Source of the DNA: an uncultured Gemmatimonadales bacterium
GTDB lineage: Bacteria; Gemmatimonadota; Gemmatimonadetes; Gemmatimonadales; GWC2-71-9
NCBI GenBank assembly: GCA_963730185.1
Contig: CAVSQW010000014.1
Coordinates: 192,001-256,000 of the forward strand
Length of the DNA: 64,000 nucleotides
Direction: 5' to 3'
Program-made: the position numbers and the translations under genes
Shown here: piece after piece, positions 33,890 through 42,795 of the stretch
How the letters are laid out: each line of letters begins with the position of its first letter
Numbering within the stretch: position 1 is the stretch's first letter
The notes under the pieces: model-generated
Seen by the model: the letters and a program-made list of their open reading frames with translations, nothing else
What the model was told of the DNA's origin: nothing
Database searches by the model: none

Positions 33890-35533
33890 GTGTCACCAAT
33901 TCTCCCGATCCGATACCAGCCCGACCTGCCCGCCGATCGCCTGATCCGGACCGACCCGCCCAGCGACGAGGCGATCGAAATGGATGTGCTGTTCGTCGGG
34001 GCCGGGCCCGCGGGGCTGGCCGGGGCGATCGAGCTGGCCCGACTGGCCAAGGACGACCCCGAGCTGAGCGAGCTGAGCATCGGCGTGCTGGAGAAGGCCG
34101 GCAGCCTGGGGGAGCACAATCTCTCGGGCGCGGTGGTCAATCCACGGGCGTTCCGCGAGCTCTTTCCGGACACGCCGGTGGAGGAATTCCCCTTCCGCCA
34201 GCCGGTGGCCGGCGAGGCGGTCTATCTCCTGACCGAGACGTCGTCCTACCACATCCCGACCCCGCCGACGATGAAGAACCACGGGAACTACGTGGCCTCG
34301 ATCTCGGAGATCACCCGGTGGCTGGGCGAGCGGGCCGAGGAGCTGGGCGTGAACATCTTCGCGGGCTTCCCGGTCGAGTCGCTGCTCGTCGACGGGCCGC
34401 GGGTCACCGGAGTGCGGACGACCGCGTCGGGCCTCGACCAGAAGGGCAATCCCGGTGACGGGTACGCCGAGCCGACCGACCTGACCGCCAAGGTCACGGT
34501 CCTGACCGAGGGCACCCGTGGCGCGCTGACCCAGGCATGGCTCGGCTGGCAGCAGGTGAGCTCACCTAACCCGCAACTTTACGCCTTGGGCGTCAAGGAA
34601 GTGTGGGACGTGAAGCAGCCGCTCGACCGGGTGATCCACACCCTGGGGTGGCCGCTGGCCCGGGACGCCTTCGGCGGGACGTTCGCCTACCCGATGGGCC
34701 CGAGCCAGGTGGCGCTCGGCCTGGTCGTCGGGCTCGACGCGAAGGACGCGGGGCTCGATGTTCACGAGCTGCTCCAGCGGACCAAGCTGCATCCCCTCTT
34801 CCGGCCCATCTTCGAGGGCGGCGAGCTGGTGGAATGGGGCGCCAAGACCATTCCGGAGGGCGGCTTCTACGCCCTGCCCGAACGGTTCTCGGGCGACGGC
34901 CTGCTCCTGGCCGGCGATTGCCTCGGCACGGTCGAGGTGGCCAGCCTCAAGGGGATCCACTACGCCATGCAGTCGGGGATGTACGCCGCGCGGACCATCG
35001 TCGGCGCACTGAAAGCCGGCAACACCTCGCGGGCCGCGCTGGCGGCCTACGACGGGATGCTGCGGGAGAGTTACGTCGTGTCCGATCTCCGCCGACGGCG
35101 GAACATGCGCCTCGCCTTCAAGCATGGGTTCTACCGGGGGGGGATCGAGAGCGTGTTGATGACGCTGACCGGCGGACGCTTTCCCGGCGGCCAGATTCAC
35201 GCCGAGCCCGACGCCCGGGAGCTGAAGGAGACCCGGCGTCAGGCGCCGTTCACGCCAGACGGGACGCTGACCTTCAGCAAGGTCGACGCGGTGTTCAAGT
35301 CGGGGAACGCGACCCGGGACACCATCCCGTCGCACCTGGTGGTGGGGAAGGACGTGCCCCCCGAGGTGGCCGACTTCTACGCCCGGCTCTGCCCGGCTGG
35401 GGTGTACGAGCGCGCGGGCGACACCCTCCGGGTCAATCCGCCCAACTGCGTCGACTGCAAGGCCACCGACGTGCTGGGCCCGCGGTGGACGCCCCGCGAG
35501 GGCGGGAGCGGACCCAAGTACCGGGTCATGTAG
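33890..35533 (+). CDS. Electron transfer flavoprotein-ubiquinone oxidoreductase
   Basis: GAGPAGL, H.LSGA, EGTRG.L, GVKEVW, AKTIPEGG, KGIH.AM.SG, CPAGVY, EGGSGP.Y. Confidence 0.92.
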   Translation: MSPILPIRYQPDLPADRLIRTDPPSDEAIEMDVLFVGAGPAGLAGAIELARLAKDDPELSELSIGVLEKAGSLGEHNLSGAVVNPRAFRELFPDTPVEEFPFRQPVAGEAVYLLTETSSYHIPTPPTMKNHGNYVASISEITRWLGERAEELGVNIFAGFPVESLLVDGPRVTGVRTTASGLDQKGNPGDGYAEPTDLTAKVTVLTEGTRGALTQAWLGWQQVSSPNPQLYALGVKEVWDVKQPLDRVIHTLGWPLARDAFGGTFAYPMGPSQVALGLVVGLDAKDAGLDVHELLQRTKLHPLFRPIFEGGELVEWGAKTIPEGGFYALPERFSGDGLLLAGDCLGTVEVASLKGIHYAMQSGMYAARTIVGALKAGNTSRAALAAYDGMLRESYVVSDLRRRRNMRLAFKHGFYRGGIESVLMTLTGGRFPGGQIHAEPDARELKETRRQAPFTPDGTLTFSKVDAVFKSGNATRDTIPSHLVVGKDVPPEVADFYARLCPAGVYERAGDTLRVNPPNCVDCKATDVLGPRWTPREGGSGPKYRVM

Positions 35534-35539
35534 GCTCGG

Positions 35540-36733
35540 ATGAGCACGCCGCTCCAGGGCCCCGGCTCGACCGAGCAGCGCGGCTTCCTGGCCCGGTTCC
35601 GGCCGTTCTGGCAGCCGCCGGACCGATTCCTGATCGACGCCGGCCGGCAGGGCGAGCTCCTGATCGCCCGGATCCGGTTCACCCTCACGCTGCTGCTCCT
35701 CCTCGTGCCGCTCGCCAACCTGGCCCTGGCGCCCGCGAGCGAGCGGGAGCAGCACGTCACCGGCTTCTTCATCACCCTCTTCGCGGTGGGGGTGGCGGGG
35801 CTGGTGTATCTGATGGTGGCGCGCGACCGGCGGCAGGACTGGCTCCCGCTCGCGACCAGCGTGCTCGACGTGACCCTGGTGTCCGGCGCGCTGGCCGTCT
35901 ACGCCTTCCTGTCCGACCCGCTCCAGGTCGTCAACAGCAAGGTCACCTTCGACACCTACTTCATCGCGATTGGAGCTACTTGCCTCCGGTACGACCGGCG
36001 GGTGTCGCTGATCGCCGGAGTGGCGGCGATGGCCGAGTATCTCCTGATCGTCGTCCTGGTGACCGTGGCGTTCAATCTCCAGACCGGTGCGGGGATCGCG
36101 TCGCCGTACGGCCGGTTCCAGTGGTCGGACCAGATCTCCCGGATGGTGCTGCTGGCCACCGCCACCGCCCTCGCCGTCTACCTCGTCCGCGGGATGCAGC
36201 GCCAGCGCGAGCTTTCCACCGCCGACCCGCTGACCGGGATCTTCAACCGCCGCTTCTTCGACGACTATTTCGAGAACGAGCTGCTCCGCGCCTCCCGGTA
36301 CGAGGTGCCGGTGGCGGTCGCGATGATCGACGTCGACCACTTCAAGCGGTTCAACGACGTCTACGGTCACGCCACCGGCGACCGGGCGCTGAAGACGGTC
36401 GCTCGGGTGCTGCTCCGCGCCGTCCGGCGGAGCGACCTGGTGGCGCGTTATGGGGGCGAGGAGTTCGTGGTCGTGTTCCGGGAGACCGAGGCCGAGGAGG
36501 CCGTCGGCCGGGTCGAGGAGATCCGGCACGCGGTGGAGGCCGAGCCGCTTCTGGTGGCTCGGACCACGGGGCCGGCCCGGATCACGGTGAGCGGCGGCGT
36601 CGCCAGCTGGCCCGCCGACGGCCTCACGGCCGAGGCGCTGCTCGCCGCTGCCGACCGGCGGCTCTTCGAAGCCAAGGACCTAGGCCGGAACCGAGTGGTG
36701 GGCCCGCCCCTTCTCCAGGACCGGCCGGCCTGA
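35540..36733 (+). CDS. Membrane-bound diguanylate cyclase
   Basis: About 6 TM helices, DPLTG.FNRR, DVDHFK.FND.YGH, RRSD I-site, GGEEF. Confidence 0.93.
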   Translation: MSTPLQGPGSTEQRGFLARFRPFWQPPDRFLIDAGRQGELLIARIRFTLTLLLLLVPLANLALAPASEREQHVTGFFITLFAVGVAGLVYLMVARDRRQDWLPLATSVLDVTLVSGALAVYAFLSDPLQVVNSKVTFDTYFIAIGATCLRYDRRVSLIAGVAAMAEYLLIVVLVTVAFNLQTGAGIASPYGRFQWSDQISRMVLLATATALAVYLVRGMQRQRELSTADPLTGIFNRRFFDDYFENELLRASRYEVPVAVAMIDVDHFKRFNDVYGHATGDRALKTVARVLLRAVRRSDLVARYGGEEFVVVFRETEAEEAVGRVEEIRHAVEAEPLLVARTTGPARITVSGGVASWPADGLTAEALLAAADRRLFEAKDLGRNRVVGPPLLQDRPA

Positions 36734-37190
36734 TTCGCGGGACGTTGCGCCGGCGACGCGAACCCCTACCCGGGGAAATCCGAGGTCTGAACGGCCAACT
36801 CGTCGTCGCTGTCCAAACCGTCCTCGTTGCTCGGTCCGAAGGGTCCGGAGCCACCGGCCACGAGGGTCCCGGCGACGAGGACGATCCGGGTGGGGCGGTG
36901 ATCATGCGGCCTGCTGATGGTGGTGGGAGCGGGCCCGGGCCGCGACTTCGGTGCGCGGCACTCCCGCCGTAGACGGGAACGCGACGCCGGCGCCCGATCC
37001 AGACGGAGGCAATGGCCGTACCGCCCCGGGGCACCGTCGCATGTCGTTTGGCCCCAATCGCTTCGGTTTCCGCTGCTCGAGGCCGATGACCGATCGACAC
37101 AGCGTCCGATCCGAACGGGAGTGTCAGATCGACACGGGGCGGGGTCTTCACGGAGCACCTCGATGCTCGCCAGCCGGCGCCGCCATCGGG

Positions 37191-37610
37191 TCACTCGCCG
37201 AGCACCTTGATGATGACCCGCTTCCGGCGCTGGCCGTCCCACTCGCCATAGAAGACCCGCTGCCAGGGCCCGAGATCCAGCTGTCCTTTGGTGATCGGGA
37301 CGATCACCTCGTGGCCGATCGTGAGGCTCCTCAGGTGCGCGGCCGCGTTGTCCTCTCCGGTCTCGTTGTGGCGGTAGCGGGCCGGATCCCAGGGGGCCAC
37401 GGTCTCTTCGAGCCAGTGAAGGATGTCGTGCCAGAGGCCGGACTCGTGGTCGTTCACGAAGACGGAGGCGCTGATGTGCATGGCCGAGACGAGCACGAAT
37501 CCTTCCCTGACGCCGCTGGCCGCGACCTGCTCGGCGACCTGATCGGTGAGGTCGATGATCTCCTGGCGCCGGCGGGTTTCGAACCAGAGATAGTGGGTGT
37601 GCGCGGTCAT
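37191..37610 (-). CDS. yjbQ: UPF0047/YjbQ family protein
   Basis: HISAS...ND.E, Y.HN.TGEDN..AH, LDLGPWQ....EWDG.R. Confidence 0.88.
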   Translation of the reverse strand: MTAHTHYLWFETRRRQEIIDLTDQVAEQVAASGVREGFVLVSAMHISASVFVNDHESGLWHDILHWLEETVAPWDPARYRHNETGEDNAAAHLRSLTIGHEVIVPITKGQLDLGPWQRVFYGEWDGQRRKRVIIKVLGE

Positions 37611-37714
37611 GAGGTCCCCTCCTTGAAGGCGGCAGAACGGTCGAACGTCCATTCCATGATCCACCGGTGTTCGCTACCTTTGCCACGTCCCTCAATCATC
37701 AGGAACGAACGACG

Positions 37715-38824
37715 ATGACTTCTCGCCGGGATTTTCTCCAGGTGACCGCCGCCGGTGCGCTCGGGCTTGGTCTCGGCCGACTCGGGCCGCTCGCTCCCCG
37801 CTCGGCGCCGCTCCGGATCCTCTTTCTCGGTGGGACCGGCTTCATTGGGCCGCACCAGGTGCGCTACGCCCAGTCGCGAGGGCACCAGGTCACGCTCTTC
37901 AATCGGGGCCACACGGCGCCCGATCTCTTCCCGGGCGTCGAGACGCTGATCGGCGATCGCGACGGCAAGCTCGACGCGCTGAAGGGGCGGACCTGGGACG
38001 CGGTGATCGACAACTCGGGCTACGTCCCCAGGGTCGTGCGCGACTCGGCCCAGCTGCTCGCGGGCAACGTGGGGCAGTACCTCTTCGTCTCGACCGCCGG
38101 CGTGTACCAGGCTTTCTACGACGGGTCCTGGCCGGCCGGGGGTGTGGACGAGAGCTCGCCGCTCGCCCCGCTCACCGAGCCAGGCAGCGAGGAGGTCGGC
38201 AAGTACTACGGGCCCCTCAAGGCGCTCTGTGAAGCCGAGGTGCGGAAGGCCTTTCCGACCGGCGCGACGGTTCTCCGGCCAGGCCTGATCGTCGGCCCGG
38301 GCGACCCCACCGATCGTTTCACTTACTGGGTGGTTCGGCCGGCGAAGGGCGGAGAGATGGTGGCGCCCGGCACCCCGAAGGACCCGATCCTGTACATCGA
38401 CGCCCGGGACCTGGGCGCCTTCTCGGTCCACCTGGTCGAGGCGAAGACCACCGGCACGTTCAACCTGTTCGGCCCCAAGGGCACGTTGATGATGGGCACC
38501 CTGCTGGACACCTGTCTGGCCGCGACCGGGCGGAAGGCGAAGCTGATCTGGGTGGACGGGAACACCCTGACCGAGCATGGCGTGGAGCCGGTCGGTGGGC
38601 TGTTCCCGTGGGTGGCTGCCGACGGCCCGGCGGCCGGTGCGTCGCACTTCCATCGGGAGCGCGCTTTCCGGGCCGGGCTCACCTTCATGCCCGTGACGAC
38701 GACGGTGCGCGATACGCTGACCTGGTTCCGCACCCTGCCGGCCGAGCGCCAGGCCAAGCTCAGGGGCGGCCTGCCGCCGGAGAAGGAGCAGGAGATCCTG
38801 GCGGCCTGGCACGCCAGGAAGTAG
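37715..38824 (+). CDS. NAD-dependent epimerase/dehydratase family protein with TAT signal
   Basis: SRRDFL; LGGTGFIG, FNRG, YGPLK, RPGLIVGP.D.TDRFTYW. Confidence 0.9.
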   Translation: MTSRRDFLQVTAAGALGLGLGRLGPLAPRSAPLRILFLGGTGFIGPHQVRYAQSRGHQVTLFNRGHTAPDLFPGVETLIGDRDGKLDALKGRTWDAVIDNSGYVPRVVRDSAQLLAGNVGQYLFVSTAGVYQAFYDGSWPAGGVDESSPLAPLTEPGSEEVGKYYGPLKALCEAEVRKAFPTGATVLRPGLIVGPGDPTDRFTYWVVRPAKGGEMVAPGTPKDPILYIDARDLGAFSVHLVEAKTTGTFNLFGPKGTLMMGTLLDTCLAATGRKAKLIWVDGNTLTEHGVEPVGGLFPWVAADGPAAGASHFHRERAFRAGLTFMPVTTTVRDTLTWFRTLPAERQAKLRGGLPPEKEQEILAAWHARK

Positions 38825-38828
38825 GCCG

Positions 38829-39368
38829 TTAGGCGGCCGCCCGTCGCCCGCTCCTCGCGGCGACGGGACACCCCGCCGGGTCCAGAGGCAGCAACCGCGG
38901 CTCGGCGCCGAGCCAATAGAGTCCGTTGGCCATGATGCAGAATCCGGTCGCCGCGAACCACACCATCGCCACCCCGACGAACCCGGTGAACGCCAGCCAC
39001 CACGGGCTCCAGACCACCGACAGGATCGACGCGATGGTCAGGTTGATCCCGACCGCGAGATAAATCCGGCGTTCGAGGAACCAGGCGTCGGTCTGCATGA
39101 GGTAGGGCCTCCCCGGCTCCCAATCCGGGCGCGCGAGCGCCGGTCGGACCCCCAGCCTCACCAGCACGTTGCCGACCGGGCAGAACCCGGTCAGCGACAC
39201 CCCGATCGACACCAGCGCGGTCACCACCACCCCGAGTACCAGGAGCGGATGGACCAGCCAGGCAAGGGCGGTCGAGATCAGGAGCACCACCCCGGCGATG
39301 AGCCAGACGGTTCGCTCGACGTACCAGCGGTTGGTGGGAACGATGTAGATGCCGGATCGGAAGGTCAT
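38829..39368 (-). CDS. Membrane protein with two tandem DUF2892/YgaP-like domains
   Basis: Internal duplication W..ER...L..G ... TGFC in both halves. Confidence 0.8.
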   Translation of the reverse strand: MTFRSGIYIVPTNRWYVERTVWLIAGVVLLISTALAWLVHPLLVLGVVVTALVSIGVSLTGFCPVGNVLVRLGVRPALARPDWEPGRPYLMQTDAWFLERRIYLAVGINLTIASILSVVWSPWWLAFTGFVGVAMVWFAATGFCIMANGLYWLGAEPRLLPLDPAGCPVAARSGRRAAA

Positions 39369-39488
39369 GGCGGGGGCCTCCAGCAATTAGTAAAACGGCG
39401 ACCGCCTTGTTTCTACCGAGGAATGGTTACCGCGTCAATCCATCCCGATCATTCTGAGGGCTTCTTCAGGGCCGATGTCCCGGTCCCC

Positions 39489-40235
39489 TCAGCGCCCCAA
39501 CCGCCGCACCTCCCGGCCCCGGGCCCGACTCACGGCCAGCCGGGTCCCGTCGTCGAGCTCGGCGACGAGCTGCCCGTTGCCTCCCCGGCGAAACGCCGTG
39601 ACCCGGTCCAGGTTCACGATGTGGGCGCGGTGGAGCCGGAAGAAGTGCTTCGGGTCGAGGCGGGCCTCGAGTCGGTGAAGCGAGAGGTGCAGGAGGTGTC
39701 GGGCCGAACCAACGTGCGCCGCCACGTAGTCGCCTCGGGCCTCGAACCAGGTCACCATGGCGACCGGGATGGGGAGCACGGCTCCGCCGACCCGCACGAA
39801 GAGCCGGGTGATGGGGCCCTGTCCCATCGCTTCGTGGACCCGATCGAGCGGGGCCGGGCCGGGGGTCTCGCCCAGCGCGGTCCGGACCCGGTCCAGGGTC
39901 GTTGCCAGCCGGGCGGCTCCGAACGGCTTCAGCAGGTAGTCGAGCGCACCCAGCTCGAAGGCCGTCACCGCGTGCTCGGCGTAGGCGGTGGTGAAGACCA
40001 GGTAGGGCTGGTGGTGGGTTCGGCCCAGCACCTCGGTACCGAGGAGGCCGGGCATCCGGATGTCGAGGAACACCAGCTCGGGCCGCAGCGCGTCGATTGC
40101 CTCGACGGCCGCCGGCCCGCTGGCGGCCTCGCCGATCACCTCGATCCAGGGGACGGCCGCGAGCAGGTCGCGAAGCCCGACCCGGGCGACGGACTCGTCG
40201 TCCGCGATCAGGGTCGTCACCCGCGAGTCAGCCAT
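39489..40235 (-). CDS. LytTR family response regulator
   Basis: ADDE, FLDIRMP, FTTAY, DYLLKP receiver; FFRLHR.HIVN, VSR LytTR domain. Confidence 0.95.
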   Translation of the reverse strand: MADSRVTTLIADDESVARVGLRDLLAAVPWIEVIGEAASGPAAVEAIDALRPELVFLDIRMPGLLGTEVLGRTHHQPYLVFTTAYAEHAVTAFELGALDYLLKPFGAARLATTLDRVRTALGETPGPAPLDRVHEAMGQGPITRLFVRVGGAVLPIPVAMVTWFEARGDYVAAHVGSARHLLHLSLHRLEARLDPKHFFRLHRAHIVNLDRVTAFRRGGNGQLVAELDDGTRLAVSRARGREVRRLGR

Positions 40236-41287
40236 CAGCCGTCGCTCGAAGCGGGGACGGTCAGAGTCGCCACGAAGCCGGCATCCGGAGCGGTCGTAAC
40301 GTCGAGGCGGGCCGCGTCGCCATAGAGCGCCATGAGCTGGTCCCGGAGCCGGGCCAGCCCGGTGCCGGACCGGAGCGCCGCCGGCGACGCTCCCGCGCCG
40401 GTGTCGCTCACGGTCACGGTGAGCCGGTTGCCGTCCCGCCGGGCGGTGACGGTGATCTCGGTCGGCTCGACCCGCGGACCGGCGCCGTGTCGGACGGCGT
40501 TCTCCACCAGGGTCTGGACCGCGAACCCGGGTACCAGTGCGTCAGGGGCTCCGGCGCCGAAGTCGGTTCGAATCCGGAGGCGATCGCCAAACCGGATCCG
40601 CTCGATCGCCAGGTATCGCTCGACGAACGCCCATTCCTCGGCCAGAGCCACCAGGTCGCGGTCCTCCTCCAACGTGGCTCTCAAGAGCCCCGCCAGCTCC
40701 TCGGCCGCTTCAGCCGCGCGGGCCGGCTCACGGGGGATCAGATGGACCACGGTATGGAGCGCGTTGAAGAGGAAGTGGGGATTGACCTGGGCCCGAAGTG
40801 CCGCGAGCTCCGCCGCGGCGGCGACCGTCTCGGCCCGGGCCGCCCGCTCGGTGGCCCGAGTGGCGTAGGCCACGCCGGCTACCATGGCGTAGAACCACGC
40901 CCCCAAAACCAGGAAGCGGGTGAGCCAGCCGAACGGGAAGATGTGCCAGATCGGATCGGCCTCGGGCGACGGCCTGAACTGGGTGAAGGCCTGGAGATGG
41001 AAGTCGATCCCGAAGGTGAAGGTCGCGAAGAGGAGGGCGTAGAGGGCCGCGAGGCCCAGGTGCTGGGCGGCGAATCGCCAGCGAAAGGGGTGGGGCCAGG
41101 GCAGGCGGCTCGACACCCGCCAAACCCCGAGGCCGAGGAGCGCGGCCACGCCGACCGCCCAGATACCCCGGCTGGCCGCGGTGGCGAAGGGCGTGCCGGG
41201 ATGGGAGACGTAGAGCAGGATCGTGTAGAGCGCCCACACCGGGAGCCAACCCAGCAGCAGCTGCAGCCAGACCCAGGGACGGGGCAT
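40235..41287 (-). CDS. LytS/YehU-type sensor histidine kinase
   Basis: Membrane N-terminus; LRAQVNPHFLFNAL, RFGDRL, QTLVENAVRHG, DTGAG, GTGL. Confidence 0.95.
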   Translation of the reverse strand: MPRPWVWLQLLLGWLPVWALYTILLYVSHPGTPFATAASRGIWAVGVAALLGLGVWRVSSRLPWPHPFRWRFAAQHLGLAALYALLFATFTFGIDFHLQAFTQFRPSPEADPIWHIFPFGWLTRFLVLGAWFYAMVAGVAYATRATERAARAETVAAAAELAALRAQVNPHFLFNALHTVVHLIPREPARAAEAAEELAGLLRATLEEDRDLVALAEEWAFVERYLAIERIRFGDRLRIRTDFGAGAPDALVPGFAVQTLVENAVRHGAGPRVEPTEITVTARRDGNRLTVTVSDTGAGASPAALRSGTGLARLRDQLMALYGDAARLDVTTAPDAGFVATLTVPASSDG

Positions 41288-41337
41288 GGCCGAACGTTGC
41301 CCGCCCCCCCCGGTCGGCGGCAAGGGGACGCCCCCGC

Positions 41338-41928
41338 TCAGCGCGGCGCCCCGGCCGCGACCCGCTTGGCCTCGATGACCAGCACGTCACGATCCCAGCT
41401 CTTGCCGCCGTCGGCGGAGCGGTCTTGATGCATGACGAACCCGTCGGTCCCGATGCCGGTGAACCGGCTTCGGGTCAGTTGCGGCGTCGGGTCGTCGGAG
41501 GAACTCCGGCCGTTGGTGACCATCTCGTGACCGTCCCATGCCGCGGTGGCGCCGGTAATCCGCCCCCGGTAGGCATCGAATCCGGTGAGGATCCAGCGAC
41601 GCGCCGCCGGGTCGTAGCCGCGGAGGTAGTGGACCAGAGCCATCGGGTTGCCGGACCGGTCCATGATCCGAAGCTCGTCCTCGATTCCCCAGCCATCGAA
41701 CGCCTTCCAGGCCTTCCACGTCCCCACCAGCCGGGGGGCGCCGTGGATCCGCGCCGCCAAGGAGGTGGCCTTGGGCTTGACGGTGAGCTCCCACTGGCCG
41801 ATCAGGAAATCGAACTGGCGGGCCTCGGGCGGCGCCAGGTGGGCCTCCGTGCCGGTGGCGCCGTGCTGGGCCGACAGCCCGGCCGGGGTGAAGAGGACGA
41901 GAGCCAGGACGGCAAGGTGACGGATCAT
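41338..41928 (-). CDS. Exported hypothetical protein (DUF1579-like)
   Basis: Signal peptide; QFDFLIGQW, YDP....W, DRS.DGGKSW. Confidence 0.75.
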   Translation of the reverse strand: MIRHLAVLALVLFTPAGLSAQHGATGTEAHLAPPEARQFDFLIGQWELTVKPKATSLAARIHGAPRLVGTWKAWKAFDGWGIEDELRIMDRSGNPMALVHYLRGYDPAARRWILTGFDAYRGRITGATAAWDGHEMVTNGRSSSDDPTPQLTRSRFTGIGTDGFVMHQDRSADGGKSWDRDVLVIEAKRVAAGAPR

Positions 41929-41983
41929 CGAATCCAACCTCCGAATACGGGTCGAACACCAATGCGGGCGGTACACGGTGGCC

Positions 41984-42016
41984 GGTCCGATCGCCCGGCG
42001 ACAGGGTCCGATCGCC
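41984..42016 (-). promoter_or_regulatory. LytTR-type direct-repeat operator
   Basis: GGTCCGATCGCC at 41984-41995 and 42005-42016 (21-bp period), upstream of the DUF1579-lytS-lytTR operon. Confidence 0.75.
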
Positions 42017-42090
42017 AAACGGTCGTCTGAGTCGGCCGAGCGGCCTCGAAGCACGTTGCCGCCGAGGTGGCGCGACCGGTATCGTGTGGG

Positions 42091-42795
42091 ATGACCGAGC
42101 CTGAACCGCTGATCGCGCTTCGCGACGTCGCCCGCATCTACCGCACGCCCGCCGGCGACTTCGCCGCGCTCGCCGAGGTCGACTTGACCATCGACCGGGG
42201 AGATTTCGCGGTCGTCGTGGGTCAGTCGGGCAGCGGCAAGTCGACCCTGCTGAGTCTCCTGGCCGGGATCGACCGGCCGACCCGCGGCGAGGTCGAGGTC
42301 GCCGGCACCGCCGTGCACCGGCTCTCCGAGCGGGCGCTCACCCCCTGGCGAGGGCGCACCATCGGCTTCGTGTTCCAATTCTTCCAGCTGCTCCCGACCC
42401 TCACCGCGCTCGAGAACGTGATGTTGCCGATGGATTTCTGCGGCACCTTTCCGAGCCGGGAGCGGCCGGGCCGGGCGAGGGCGCTGCTCGATCGGCTGGG
42501 GGTGGCCGACCAGGCCGACAAGCTCCCGGTCACGCTCTCCGGGGGGCAGCAGCAGCGCGTCGCGGTGGCCCGAGCGCTCGCCAACGATCCGCCGGTGCTC
42601 CTGGCCGACGAGCCGACCGGCAATCTCGATTCGCGCACCGCGGGCGCGCTGCTCGAGGTTCTGGCCGGCCTGGCCCACGAAGGCCGGGCCGTGGTGATGG
42701 CAACCCACGATCCCGGCGCGATGCGGCTCGCCTCGCGGACCGTGTCGCTGGCCGACGGGCGGGTCGTCCCCGAGACGGCCGACCGGCATGCTTGA
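42091..42795 (+). CDS. ABC transporter ATP-binding protein (MacB/LolD-like)
   Basis: GQSGSGKST, LSGGQQQR, LADEPTGNLD, THD. Confidence 0.95.
   Translation: MTEPEPLIALRDVARIYRTPAGDFAALAEVDLTIDRGDFAVVVGQSGSGKSTLLSLLAGIDRPTRGEVEVAGTAVHRLSERALTPWRGRTIGFVFQFFQLLPTLTALENVMLPMDFCGTFPSRERPGRARALLDRLGVADQADKLPVTLSGGQQQRVAVARALANDPPVLLADEPTGNLDSRTAGALLEVLAGLAHEGRAVVMATHDPGAMRLASRTVSLADGRVVPETADRHA

Noticed and set aside
34603..36972. 789-aa Arg/Pro/Gly-rich alternate-frame ORF
   Set aside because: Overlaps ETF-QO and the GGDEF gene in another frame; composition is typical of GC-rich off-frame translation.
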